Under the pieces are notes generated by a model. It was not told the DNA's origin. It made no database searches and saw only the letters and a program-made list of their open reading frames with translations. DNA of 64,000 nucleotides from a virus. The number at the start of each line of letters is the position of its first letter. Within the stretch, counting starts at the first letter, position 1. Positions 1 through 9,483 of this stretch are shown one piece after another. Both the position numbers and the translations under genes were made by a program. The DNA lies in the IMG/VR virus record IMGVR_UViG_3300025674_007777, positions 8,472 through 72,471 of that record; one strand, written 5' to 3'.

Positions 1-243
1 TTTCCTGCGATCCGGGTCTTTAGTTTTGATACTAAGACCGGTACTATCTCCGAATTGAATCTTTCTGATATTACCGGTCTTAGGATCTTTTACATACACA
101 TAGAATTTTTTGTCTCCGCCTCTCTTCACTTTGTTAAGTTTCACAGTTCTACCTTTGTATTCAGCTTCCTGAAATATGATAGGTTTATTATGTTCAACTA
201 TTTCCAAGCCGAGCGATTCTGATATGTATATTGATTTGTTCAT
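1..243 (-). CDS. Partial conserved phage hypothetical protein (runs off the left edge)
   Basis: Hand translation from ATG at 243: MNKSIYISESLG...EAEYKGRTVKLNKVKRGGDKKFYVYVKDPKTGNIRKIQFGD...KDPDRRK, open to the window edge; not in the ORF track. Confidence 0.75.
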   Translation of the reverse strand, partial: MNKSIYISESLGLEIVEHNKPIIFQEAEYKGRTVKLNKVKRGGDKKFYVYVKDPKTGNIRKIQFGDSTGLSIKTKDPDRRK

Positions 244-244
244 A

Positions 245-409
245 TTAACTACCCAGCACACCCCAAAGTTTTGTAGCAGCAACTCCAATTGCAATACCTC
301 CGATTAGTGGTAAACCTTTGAAAAATACAACTGCTCCGGCTAGACCTGCTACTCCGATTACAAAATATGGTGATGTTAACACTGATTTGATTTTTCCTAA
401 CTTGCTCAT
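245..409 (-). CDS. Small membrane protein (54 aa, two hydrophobic segments)
   Basis: Hand translation MSKLGKIKSVLTSPYFVIGVAGLAGAVVFFKGLPLIGGIAIGVAATKLWGVLGS; AGGAG 6 nt upstream; fills the gap between neighbours. Confidence 0.7.
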   Translation of the reverse strand: MSKLGKIKSVLTSPYFVIGVAGLAGAVVFFKGLPLIGGIAIGVAATKLWGVLGS

Positions 410-424
410 TTTTAACTCCTTTTT

Positions 425-1102
425 TTAATATGACAATTTAGTTAGTGCATGCTGGTAGCGTTTATTCGCCATTGACCAACATACCAATTTGAAAAAGGCA
501 TCCACATATTTGGGACGCTCATTCTTGAACTTCAGATAATAGGAATGTTCCCATAGATCCAAAGCCATTATGATTTCACCCGATTCTGGAATGTAATCCA
601 TTAATGGGTTGTCTTGATTATCTGTTGTAGTGATTCTGAACATGGACTTGTCATAAATTAACCAAGCCCATCCAGAACCAAAATGTGAATTAGCAATTTC
701 CTTGAACGTTTCAATGAACTTCTCCATGGAACCATACTGCTCAATCAGTTTTGTTTCCAATTCTGAATCAGCCAATTTACCTTTCTCATCTGGATTGAGA
801 CCTTCAAAGAACAAAGTATGATTATAAAATCCTCCTGCATTGTTCTGAAGTTTTGGAGAGTACATAGATGCTCTGCTCAATACTCCTTTGATGCCTTGCA
901 TATCATCACCCATGACAACTGTAATGTTTTCCTCTGCAACGGCTTCATTGAGTTTATCTGTATATCCTTTATAATGCTTGTTGTAATGAAGTTTCATAGT
1001 TTCTTCATCAAAAGGAGCATATTCGCCGGGTTTATGTGATAACTTCACACGCTCAAACTTTGGCGTTTCCTGTTCAAATAATAGTGACTTAAGCTTCATC
1101 AT
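425..1102 (-). CDS. sod: Fe/Mn superoxide dismutase
   Basis: HYNKHYKGY, NAGGFYNH, FGSGWAWL and DLWEHSYY metal-ligand motifs; likely start at MMKLKSLLFE (1102 or 1099). Confidence 0.95.
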   Translation of the reverse strand: MMKLKSLLFEQETPKFERVKLSHKPGEYAPFDEETMKLHYNKHYKGYTDKLNEAVAEENITVVMGDDMQGIKGVLSRASMYSPKLQNNAGGFYNHTLFFEGLNPDEKGKLADSELETKLIEQYGSMEKFIETFKEIANSHFGSGWAWLIYDKSMFRITTTDNQDNPLMDYIPESGEIIMALDLWEHSYYLKFKNERPKYVDAFFKLVCWSMANKRYQHALTKLSY

Positions 1103-1619
1103 CTGCAGCTGCCTTCTTTTCATCTGTTATTGGTCCACCGCTTACCCATGATTGACATGTTCTGGCAGCGGCGCATTTGAATTTCAGAAACTGACAATAT
1201 CCCAATTCTCCAGCCTCCACAATTGTTTCTGGATCAGTTTCGTCACCAATTCCTTTTTCAATGCAATCCTTCATTGTGCTAGTAACATCAAATGCTGCAC
1301 AATTACCACATCGTTGCTTTATAATGGCATCAATGGAATCTGCATTATATATCTCTACTAATTTGGCCCAATAAGAACTATTAGGCGACTCTTGTAGTCC
1401 TTCAGTAGATATGATATCATCATCCGTTAACTTGGCAAAGTCAATATCTTCTATATCTCTTGCAAGATCCGGTCTAGGGTCTGCAGGGCCATATAGATAA
1501 TCTTTGAATGCCTTGTTGCGATTCTTCAGATTGATATCTATATCCTGAGTAGCCGGAGGGCATCCAGTTTGCTCAGTAATGATATTTTCATATATTCTGA
1601 ATAACTTAGTCATCGTCAC
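1089..1619 (-). CDS. Hypothetical protein with Cys-rich metal-binding motif
   Basis: CGNCAAF...GYCQFLKFKCAAARTCQSW; overlaps neighbours in operon style. Confidence 0.7.
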   Translation of the reverse strand: MTMTKLFRIYENIITEQTGCPPATQDIDINLKNRNKAFKDYLYGPADPRPDLARDIEDIDFAKLTDDDIISTEGLQESPNSSYWAKLVEIYNADSIDAIIKQRCGNCAAFDVTSTMKDCIEKGIGDETDPETIVEAGELGYCQFLKFKCAAARTCQSWVSGGPITDEKKAAADDEA

Positions 1620-1857
1620 CTGTTCCTGTTAATAGATAATCTCTTGATTTATTCAAATATGAATATGCCATTGTAATTTTTGCCATCCACCAACTTGGCA
1701 GATCATCCTCATCATCCATTTGCTGTAAAGCTTGTAGAATTTGATGTGCATCTTCCATAGCCAATATCATTTTACGCTTAGCATATGCCACATCTGTATG
1801 GCCATCTTCGGTCAGAAGCCTGATAGCCTCTTCTTTTAATAATTTCTTGTTAATCAT
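1606..1857 (-). CDS. Hypothetical protein
   Basis: 83 aa ORF with DLPSWWMAKIT motif; coupled to neighbours. Confidence 0.7.
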   Translation of the reverse strand: MINKKLLKEEAIRLLTEDGHTDVAYAKRKMILAMEDAHQILQALQQMDDEDDLPSWWMAKITMAYSYLNKSRDYLLTGTGDDD

Positions 1858-2866
1858 CGTACTGAACTCCAGTTAATTGATCTCCGGTTTTGGTCAACAC
1901 ATCGCCGGCTTTGTAAGTAGGTCCATTGTTAGTGACTCTGTATGTCACCAATCTGCCAATCATATCTGGAAGGTCAATAATCTTACTCACGACGCCCATT
2001 GATCCATAATGTGGGCATGATTTATTTTTGTTCTTCACAATGTCACCAATGCCGTAAGTGTAATGAGCGCCTTCGGTAATTGGTTCTGAAGCTAATTGCG
2101 ATTTCTCTGCACTCACTGATTTCATCTTTTCCTGTGCTGCTTTCTGAGCATCTTTTGCCTGCTTCTGCTCATCTTTTGCTATTGCAATCTCATCCTTAGC
2201 AACTGCAATTTCATCTTTAATTGTTTTTATTTTATCTTTGACGTATTTTTGCATTTCTTTAGCACTCTTAACCTCTTCTTTGGAAATCTTTTGTTGCTCT
2301 TTAGCAGCCTTGATCTGATCTTTCACTATATTGGTTTCATCTTTCAAAGCTTTCTGTTTATCCTTTGCGCCTTTGGCATTATCCTTTGCTACTTTGGCCA
2401 ATTCTTTGGCAGCTTTGAGTTCATCCTTTGCTACATCTTCTTTAGCATCCAATGCAGCTAACTGAGCTTTTTGTTCTGCGGCTGTGATCTCACTGACCAT
2501 ATCCCTCATAGTCGGGAACAAGCCTTCTTCAGTTACTTCTTCTTCACCTTCTTCCTCAGCAGCTGGCTCTTCTTTGGCAGGCTCTTCTTTTTTAGCAGTA
2601 TCATCGCTTCCAAATTCTTTAGCCATGGCATCATTGAATGCATCCAATGTGATGTTGTTACCATTCACTAGCAGATGATCAATTCGGCGATAATCAAATT
2701 CATGCATACGACCGTCTTCATCCATTCCGAAACCATATATAGGATCTTCTAGATCATCTGCTGATGTGATAGTATAATAAACTCCATCAACATAAACTTT
2801 GATGGGAATACCAGTAAGTACGAACTGGCCTAATATTACATTGTTAAATGTGTTCAACGGTTTCAT
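1850..2866 (-). CDS. Hypothetical protein with heptad coiled-coil repeat and C-terminal KOW/SH3-like domain
   Basis: K(D/E)xxxxx heptads in the middle; C-terminal YGIGDIVKNKNKSCPHYGSMGVV; late-type motif upstream. Confidence 0.75.
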   Translation of the reverse strand: MKPLNTFNNVILGQFVLTGIPIKVYVDGVYYTITSADDLEDPIYGFGMDEDGRMHEFDYRRIDHLLVNGNNITLDAFNDAMAKEFGSDDTAKKEEPAKEEPAAEEEGEEEVTEEGLFPTMRDMVSEITAAEQKAQLAALDAKEDVAKDELKAAKELAKVAKDNAKGAKDKQKALKDETNIVKDQIKAAKEQQKISKEEVKSAKEMQKYVKDKIKTIKDEIAVAKDEIAIAKDEQKQAKDAQKAAQEKMKSVSAEKSQLASEPITEGAHYTYGIGDIVKNKNKSCPHYGSMGVVSKIIDLPDMIGRLVTYRVTNNGPTYKAGDVLTKTGDQLTGVQYDD

Positions 2867-2882
2867 AGAATAAACAGTTTAA

Positions 2883-2891
2883 TATAAATAT
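2883..2891 (-). promoter_or_regulatory. Putative late promoter ATATTTATA
   Basis: Plus strand TATAAATAT, 16 nt before the ATG at 2866; one of 13 copies listed here. Confidence 0.6.
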
Positions 2892-2901
2892 ACTACTATA
2901 G

Positions 2902-3246
2902 CTACTTCCAAAATATTTGTATCAGTACAATTGCTATAGATAACAGAATACTGATAAAACTTTTCATGTTAATGCCTTCGCCCATTATGCAATAGATCAA
3001 AGTTGCAAAAACTAAACTACCCATGCCAAAACCGAGCAGCCGGCCGGGCCAGAACAGTCCATCAAAATGTGCTACCAGGAACGAAGTAGATTTGATCACA
3101 CATAATGAAATTGGTATCGCAAATATCAACGCAATAGCTATTGTATTGTTTTTGGCCCACGTGTTAAAAAATTGCAGATTTGCCTGAAACCAGATCATTA
3201 TATGAGCTAATAATGATAAGCCCATTCCTAATAACAAATTTTTCAT
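2902..3246 (-). CDS. Small four-TM membrane protein (SMR/DMT-like size)
   Basis: Hydrophobic 114 aa from MKNLLLGMG; the longer ORF-track start overlaps the upstream gene. Confidence 0.65.
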   Translation of the reverse strand: MKNLLLGMGLSLLAHIMIWFQANLQFFNTWAKNNTIAIALIFAIPISLCVIKSTSFLVAHFDGLFWPGRLLGFGMGSLVFATLIYCIMGEGINMKSFISILLSIAIVLIQIFWK

Positions 3247-3253
3247 ATATAAC

Positions 3254-4186
3254 TTATTTTTTACGATTTGCACGCATGAAGTTGATAACCATGTTCGCCT
3301 GTGCCTTGTCATGCGCTGTGGCACCTTTTCTGTTCTTGAATTTCTGTAATTTTGATATGGTGATCTTACCTCCATACCCAGCTCTGGTCATCTTTCTTTT
3401 GAGAGTACCTTTACCACCCTTCTTCGTAGTTCGAGTACTATCCTCTTGGATACCCTCTGACTTTGCTTTATTGATTTCGATAGCCGCTAATTGTTTTAAA
3501 GCAGCTTTTTTGGTCTTATGAGTACCTAATCGTTTACCACCTTTCTTAGGATATACCACCCAATCATTGTCAACCTTCCTGATGGTCTCTGTTCTTCTCT
3601 TCTTCTTGGTAGGTTTATATCCAGAACCATATGGTGCTGCTTTGCCATCATGATCAGGCGCTACATTTTCTGCCAACTGAGTTACAATCTTCACTCCTGG
3701 ATATCTGTTGCGAAGTAGTTCTACAGCTCTGAGATTCTTTTTGGAATCATCCATGAAGAATATGTCATCATATCCTTTCTGAATATGTTTTTCTATCCAT
3801 CTGGATTTCAATCTCGGATCAGCGCCTGCAACACCTACTACGTATGGTTCAATGCCTATTTGATGTTTAAAGAAGTGTCGTAATGGAAATACCAATGCTC
3901 GAGCAGTTAACACAGTGACTTTGTTCTGAGGATTTGACATTGCCTTTTTCAGAAGATTGATGTTCTGTTTAATTGCTCTAGGATTTCTGAGCATTTTATT
4001 GAAATCTCGAAAATCAAATTCATCGCCTGGCTCTTCTTTGTATACTGCATACTCGCCTGGATCTAATTCAATCTCAGTACCGTCCGCCTTTGTAAGATAG
4101 ATCAGTGCATCTGATTTTGCTAATGTGTCATCAAAATCAAAAACCCGCAACTTTCTGCCTTCAAGCAATGTACGTAATTTCAACAT
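3254..4186 (-). CDS. HAD-superfamily phosphatase-like protein with basic C-terminal modules
   Basis: VFDFDDTL (motif I), LTAR, FMDDS; Lys/Arg-rich tail. Confidence 0.75.
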   Translation of the reverse strand: MLKLRTLLEGRKLRVFDFDDTLAKSDALIYLTKADGTEIELDPGEYAVYKEEPGDEFDFRDFNKMLRNPRAIKQNINLLKKAMSNPQNKVTVLTARALVFPLRHFFKHQIGIEPYVVGVAGADPRLKSRWIEKHIQKGYDDIFFMDDSKKNLRAVELLRNRYPGVKIVTQLAENVAPDHDGKAAPYGSGYKPTKKKRRTETIRKVDNDWVVYPKKGGKRLGTHKTKKAALKQLAAIEINKAKSEGIQEDSTRTTKKGGKGTLKRKMTRAGYGGKITISKLQKFKNRKGATAHDKAQANMVINFMRANRKK

Positions 4187-4479
4187 CAGCTTTTCAGTTC
4201 TGTTACAAGATTATCAATCAGTGTACCATCAATGCTATTATACGTCACATTGTAAGAACATCCATCAGCACTGCTAATGTATTGTGATCTAACACCTTTG
4301 AATATTCTTATGACATGATAATCACCTTCTGCTACGCCATCAGGTCTCAGACTTTTAACATTATCAATCAATGGCTGTAAAGAAGTCAGATCTGAATTAT
4401 TTTTTGTTAGATGTTGATCTCCGTTAGCCAATTGGGCATAACCCTTTGCAAATATGTACAAACTATTGAAATTACTCAT
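4186..4479 (-). CDS. Hypothetical protein (possibly fibre-associated)
   Basis: 97 aa ORF overlapping the stop of the fibre gene. Confidence 0.6.
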   Translation of the reverse strand: MSNFNSLYIFAKGYAQLANGDQHLTKNNSDLTSLQPLIDNVKSLRPDGVAEGDYHVIRIFKGVRSQYISSADGCSYNVTYNSIDGTLIDNLVTELKS

Positions 4480-7400
4480 ACTACTATTTTTAATTCATCA
4501 AATGCTGAACCAGTTCTGTAAACTGCCCCTACCGGTAATCCTGCAGCCGATGTTGGTAAATTTGTTAATGATAAATTGGCAGCATAAACTGTGTCAGATC
4601 TATCTGCTTTGATATTATGACCAGCTACGATGGTGGAACCTGATACATCTGGCATTATTATGTTGTTAGCTCCATTTACAATGGTGTTATATAATCCTGA
4701 CACATCGGATGTGATGCCTGAACCTGAAATTAAATTATTAGTTCCATTTACAATTGTATTATATTTGTACAAGGTTTGTGTCGTAGCCCCGCCGGTCTGG
4801 ATTCTATTTGATTCGCCATTAATAATTGTACTGAATTTTCCACATTGATCCTTCGCTGCATCGGTTGTAGGTGCGGAACCAGTTATCTGATTGGAATTTC
4901 CATTCAGAATGGACAAATATGATTCATTTGTTTGACTAGTCGGTTGAACGCTATCATCAATGATGTTACCATTACCAGTTAATATAACACTGTTACCAAC
5001 TCTACCATTCAATGTATTATTATTACCTCCCACAATGATTTGGCCTCTAGCAATTGCAGGGCCTAATGTATTATTTGCTCCGGCAAAGATACCTCCTGGA
5101 TTTTGTGAGCTATTTTCAGTACCACTAATGGTATTATCGCGACCTCCAATTCGGTACAAATTGGTTTCAGTTGATATAGTATTACCTCGTCCTGTGACAA
5201 AGGAACCAGGTGCCATACTACTATTACTTAAACCATGCACAAATGACTGATTATTCAAAACATATGTCAAAGTATTACCACTACCAAGTGCCACATTCTG
5301 ACTACCCGCATCTATCACATTGCCATTACCTGCAATGAGATTATCATTGCTACCACTGATACTGTTATTTCGGCCGCCAATGATCGCATTAGCATTGCCT
5401 GACTCAATAATACTACCAGAACCGCCTGCTATAAATGAATTAGAGCCAAATGCCTGATTACCTTGACCTCCGCCGACTGTATTAAATGAACCGCTTGATA
5501 AATTACTTCCTAATTTTGGCCGAATATCACCAATGCCAGATCCTGATGTATATGGGGAAAGATCTGCGTATGAACCAGTATAATAAACTCTGCCAGTCGC
5601 AAGATCTTGTACCAAGACACGGTAAGACTGTCCCGAATTTTCAGAAGCCGATACGAACAACAATCCAGATGCACTGACATTTCCAGCCACAGTTAGTAAT
5701 TCTGACGGAGCACCGGTGCCAATACCTACATTACCTGATGATGACACAAACATTATGTTGTCATTACCAGTAGCATCAAATCGGACAATTGATGTCGGAG
5801 CATTGGAACCTGTTAACAAATTGATATGTAATTTTGATGCAATGCTAGCAGTTGCTACACCTAAACCAATTCTACCTTGACCATCAACGTCATTGTCATA
5901 ATGAGTAGGATCGAATGCAAATATTGCTCTAGGCGTATCATCGGCTTGGATAGCAAGTATATCAACTTGTGTCGCATTTTCGCGAATTTTAAATGTACCA
6001 TTATTGTTTTCTTCAAGCATAAACAGTGAATTACCTGTTATGTTGATTGTATCTGTTTGACTATCTCCTATGGCGGCCAGGTTTGACACTGACAAGTTAG
6101 CAAATGAAGCTGACAATCCAATGATGTCCCCACTTGCACTGATGTTGTTAGAAGCGGTAAGATTACCAGTCAATGTCAATGCATTGCTTGTCTTATTGAA
6201 TGTGAATGCTGATGATCCACCGAATATACCACCATCATTGAACTGTACTTGTGTATCCGAGCCTCCTGGATTAGTAATTGTCGCAGATACGGTATTGGCT
6301 CCGCCCGTTGTTCTGTCTGGGCTGAAGTACATTGTGTTAGCGCCGAGATAATATCCAACAGGTATTGAGAAATGCGCAGGATTGCTTGGTGGTACTGCTG
6401 ATGCAGATCCGTTATCTCCTAGATATAACAACTGTCCGACACGGTCGCCAGGTGCATATGGTAAATTCACAATGCCATTTAACAGATATTCTCCAGTGCC
6501 TTGATCTCCGCCTGTCAGTGCAATTGCCAGAGATGATGATGCACATGCGCCGGAACCTGAGCTGGCAACTCCCCATTGACTTCCTGTGAGTGCGACTATG
6601 GCACCTTTTGGGCTGGTGTTAGGGCCGCTACTATATGAACCTACGCCGACAATGGCATCACCTCTGTAATCCAATGTCTCTGTGTTCAATGCAGTAGCCG
6701 CTCGCAGTGATGATGTGACAAACACATTGGCAACGCCATCCTTAGCATATAAGAAACTAGTTGATATGTTCCTCAATGTAGGACCAGGCTCCAATGTTTG
6801 AGAGCCACTCTTCGCGCCGAACATTTCTGTATTACCTTTGGCAAGTATACGAACTACATTACCTCCATCAGCTTGCAACGCAATCTGATCACCGGTTGTG
6901 GTGATGTTCAATCTACCACTTGCAGATATCTCAGAGGCAATGTCTGATCTGAATATCAATCGACCATCCATATGAATGTTACCGCCATAATCTATGACCA
7001 GATTTTCTGATGTCAGATCAGTGACATCTTTATTGATAACGAAGGCAGGGTTGGTATCATCTACCTGTGCCAAAGTGCTCAGTGCAAATGGTCTTGTATA
7101 TTGCTGTTGATTTGAAAATGCTGATGCGGAAAAATAACCAGCAAATGAGGATGTTTGTGTTGTACTAGAAGCACCGCCCCTATATACAGACAATACACCA
7201 TAACCAACATTGAGATGCTCACCAACAAAGAATTCTAATTCGCCCTGAGCATTTGTAAATATACCTGATGGTTCATAGGTCACATAAAAGTTATTTTGGT
7301 TGGCTCCACCTAAGTTAGATAGATCTCGTTTACCAAATGTCATGGAAAGTTCACCTTCGGATGCACTAGAACCTGATGTGTATTTTAACCCAAATATTTG

Positions 7401-8036
7401 GTTAGATATGGGTTGACCTGCTGCTGTAGCAATACCTTGTCCAAAATATGATTCTAATCCCCCTCTACCTGTATCGGGTGATGTTTGAACTATAAATGAG
7501 CCTGAATTAGCGGCTCCTGTTAGGAACTCAAATGAAGCAGATTCATTCATTTCCATGGACAGAGCAGATGCTTCGGATGCCAACAATATTGTGGAACCAG
7601 TCATCTCCAAAGTGTCAGTGGTCTTATCAAAAGTCAGAACTGATGATCCTGATAAATTTCCGTTATCATTAAACTGTACCGATCGGTTAGGTCCTTTAGC
7701 ACTCATATCACCGGTAACTACAAAACTACCAGTCAAGTTCAGAGTACTTTCAGCATCAACAAATGTGAAATTGCTAGATCCAGATATTACACCATTATTA
7801 TGTATCTGTACTGAATTAGCTGGGCCGCCTGGATTATTTGATATTGAAAATACGTCAGCCGATGATGTGATGTACAATTTACCAGATCCGGTATCATATG
7901 TTACCAGATTATAAGTAGGATCACCATATGAGGCACTGAATAGCAATTCTCTAGTACCACTAACAGCATTATGTACAGTGAATGTGTCGGAACCGGTGAC
8001 AATCAGTCTTCCAGTAGTATAAATTATTTTAGCCAT
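4476..8036 (-). CDS. Tail fibre / virion appendage protein
   Basis: 1186 aa, G/S/T/N-rich; three PGG..VQFNDxG..GSS.FTF-type repeats, GNVGIGT repeat, C-terminal IxGxxNxI beta-roll repeats. Confidence 0.8.
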   Translation of the reverse strand: MAKIIYTTGRLIVTGSDTFTVHNAVSGTRELLFSASYGDPTYNLVTYDTGSGKLYITSSADVFSISNNPGGPANSVQIHNNGVISGSSNFTFVDAESTLNLTGSFVVTGDMSAKGPNRSVQFNDNGNLSGSSVLTFDKTTDTLEMTGSTILLASEASALSMEMNESASFEFLTGAANSGSFIVQTSPDTGRGGLESYFGQGIATAAGQPISNQIFGLKYTSGSSASEGELSMTFGKRDLSNLGGANQNNFYVTYEPSGIFTNAQGELEFFVGEHLNVGYGVLSVYRGGASSTTQTSSFAGYFSASAFSNQQQYTRPFALSTLAQVDDTNPAFVINKDVTDLTSENLVIDYGGNIHMDGRLIFRSDIASEISASGRLNITTTGDQIALQADGGNVVRILAKGNTEMFGAKSGSQTLEPGPTLRNISTSFLYAKDGVANVFVTSSLRAATALNTETLDYRGDAIVGVGSYSSGPNTSPKGAIVALTGSQWGVASSGSGACASSSLAIALTGGDQGTGEYLLNGIVNLPYAPGDRVGQLLYLGDNGSASAVPPSNPAHFSIPVGYYLGANTMYFSPDRTTGGANTVSATITNPGGSDTQVQFNDGGIFGGSSAFTFNKTSNALTLTGNLTASNNISASGDIIGLSASFANLSVSNLAAIGDSQTDTINITGNSLFMLEENNNGTFKIRENATQVDILAIQADDTPRAIFAFDPTHYDNDVDGQGRIGLGVATASIASKLHINLLTGSNAPTSIVRFDATGNDNIMFVSSSGNVGIGTGAPSELLTVAGNVSASGLLFVSASENSGQSYRVLVQDLATGRVYYTGSYADLSPYTSGSGIGDIRPKLGSNLSSGSFNTVGGGQGNQAFGSNSFIAGGSGSIIESGNANAIIGGRNNSISGSNDNLIAGNGNVIDAGSQNVALGSGNTLTYVLNNQSFVHGLSNSSMAPGSFVTGRGNTISTETNLYRIGGRDNTISGTENSSQNPGGIFAGANNTLGPAIARGQIIVGGNNNTLNGRVGNSVILTGNGNIIDDSVQPTSQTNESYLSILNGNSNQITGSAPTTDAAKDQCGKFSTIINGESNRIQTGGATTQTLYKYNTIVNGTNNLISGSGITSDVSGLYNTIVNGANNIIMPDVSGSTIVAGHNIKADRSDTVYAANLSLTNLPTSAAGLPVGAVYRTGSAFDELKIVV

Positions 8037-8051
8037 GGAATATGCTTTTCA

Positions 8052-8060
8052 TATAAATAT
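8052..8060 (-). promoter_or_regulatory. Putative late promoter ATATTTATA
   Basis: 15 nt before the fibre ATG. Confidence 0.6.
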
Positions 8061-8062
8061 GA

Positions 8063-8308
8063 TCAATTCTCTCTTATCTGTAATGTTTTGATCTCTGTTA
8101 AGAATGTCTCAACATCAATTTGCTTTCCTTGTTCAGTGAATATTCTGGCCTGGCTGATTAGTTCAGATTCGGTTTCAATCATTTTCCTCATTGTCCTGAA
8201 ACCTTCGGAGGCCCAGAATACTCCAAAGCCATTATTTTCTCCTAATTTACGATCCTCATATATGGTATCAGATTCTTTGTCTCCTGGATAAAGTATGTAG
8301 TATGTCAT
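8063..8308 (-). CDS. Hypothetical protein
   Basis: 81 aa ORF overlapping the GT2 stop. Confidence 0.65.
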   Translation of the reverse strand: MTYYILYPGDKESDTIYEDRKLGENNGFGVFWASEGFRTMRKMIETESELISQARIFTEQGKQIDVETFLTEIKTLQIREN

Positions 8309-9483
8309 CGTTTACAATTTATTAATTCATGCTCATATGTAACCATTGCATTTATTTCAATATGAAGATTGCCTAATTCAAACTCTCCTATCTCTCCATT
8401 ATCTGCTATGATGGATGATATCTCCTGAATGTAGTACATGTCTTCATTTGTGAATGTATTACCATCAATATAAATAGTGATGTCATTTGTTATGTCATCT
8501 TCAATGCCGTACATTTTATTTAGTATATTGAAATCAGTGTTAGGCTGTTCCATATGAACATATGACTGAAAATTTATATCCGTATACATGCTCGTACACC
8601 ATGGTTCCAGAACTTCTAACAATTGTCCCGTAGTATTTTTGATATGAATACCGATATCATACTTAGGAGGGACTATTGGCTTCATTAGAGCATCATGCTT
8701 CACAAAATGACCCCACTTTCTTATGAAATTTCTAGTAGATCTCATATTCTGCGCTAACCACTCGGGAGAATCCTGATAAATGCTTGTAGCTTTATCAACT
8801 GTATTGCGTCTGCTGCCCCTGCATGTCATATGATATACGCACCCATGCCATGTCTGAACAAATTTGATACCATTCAGTTGAAATCTATTGAAAATATCAG
8901 AATCTTCCTTACTCTGCGGAGCATATAATGGATCATGACCGCCTATTTCTTGAAAGTCTTTTCTATAAAATGCCCAAGGAGCAAAGATACCTTCTGTTGT
9001 ATCATTTGTCGGTATCCTCTGGCTAATGAATTCAAGCAATTCATCTTCTTTGAACTCTTCTGGCTCAACTCCGTAATCTTTTAAAATCTTTTCAGGTCCA
9101 TCAGGATGTAATGGCGGTTCAATTCTTGTCAATGAAACAATGATACCTGGCTCAATTTCATTTTCTATAGCATCTAATGCTCCAGGGCATAAATACATAT
9201 CAGCATGGTATATCATTGCAATATCATGTATGGCAACTTCATTAATCAAACGATCATATAGAATGGTATGACCTAATCTTTCGCCTGTATCATTTCTTAT
9301 AGCACTGAAATGTTCATCTGCGGTCATGCGTTCTTGACACCATTCCCAAGTTCCATCAGTTGATGCATCATCAGCTACGCAGATCTGTACCGTATGATCG
9401 CCTTGATTCTTTCTGATGGCGTCATATGACCATTTGAGATATTTCAAATTATTTCTCGATGGTTGAATTAAACTTATTTTCAT
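8305..9483 (-). CDS. Glycosyltransferase family 2
   Basis: ISLIQPSRNN, VADDASTDGT, HADM, EDSD motifs (GT-A fold). Confidence 0.9.
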   Translation of the reverse strand: MKISLIQPSRNNLKYLKWSYDAIRKNQGDHTVQICVADDASTDGTWEWCQERMTADEHFSAIRNDTGERLGHTILYDRLINEVAIHDIAMIYHADMYLCPGALDAIENEIEPGIIVSLTRIEPPLHPDGPEKILKDYGVEPEEFKEDELLEFISQRIPTNDTTEGIFAPWAFYRKDFQEIGGHDPLYAPQSKEDSDIFNRFQLNGIKFVQTWHGCVYHMTCRGSRRNTVDKATSIYQDSPEWLAQNMRSTRNFIRKWGHFVKHDALMKPIVPPKYDIGIHIKNTTGQLLEVLEPWCTSMYTDINFQSYVHMEQPNTDFNILNKMYGIEDDITNDITIYIDGNTFTNEDMYYIQEISSIIADNGEIGEFELGNLHIEINAMVTYEHELINCKR

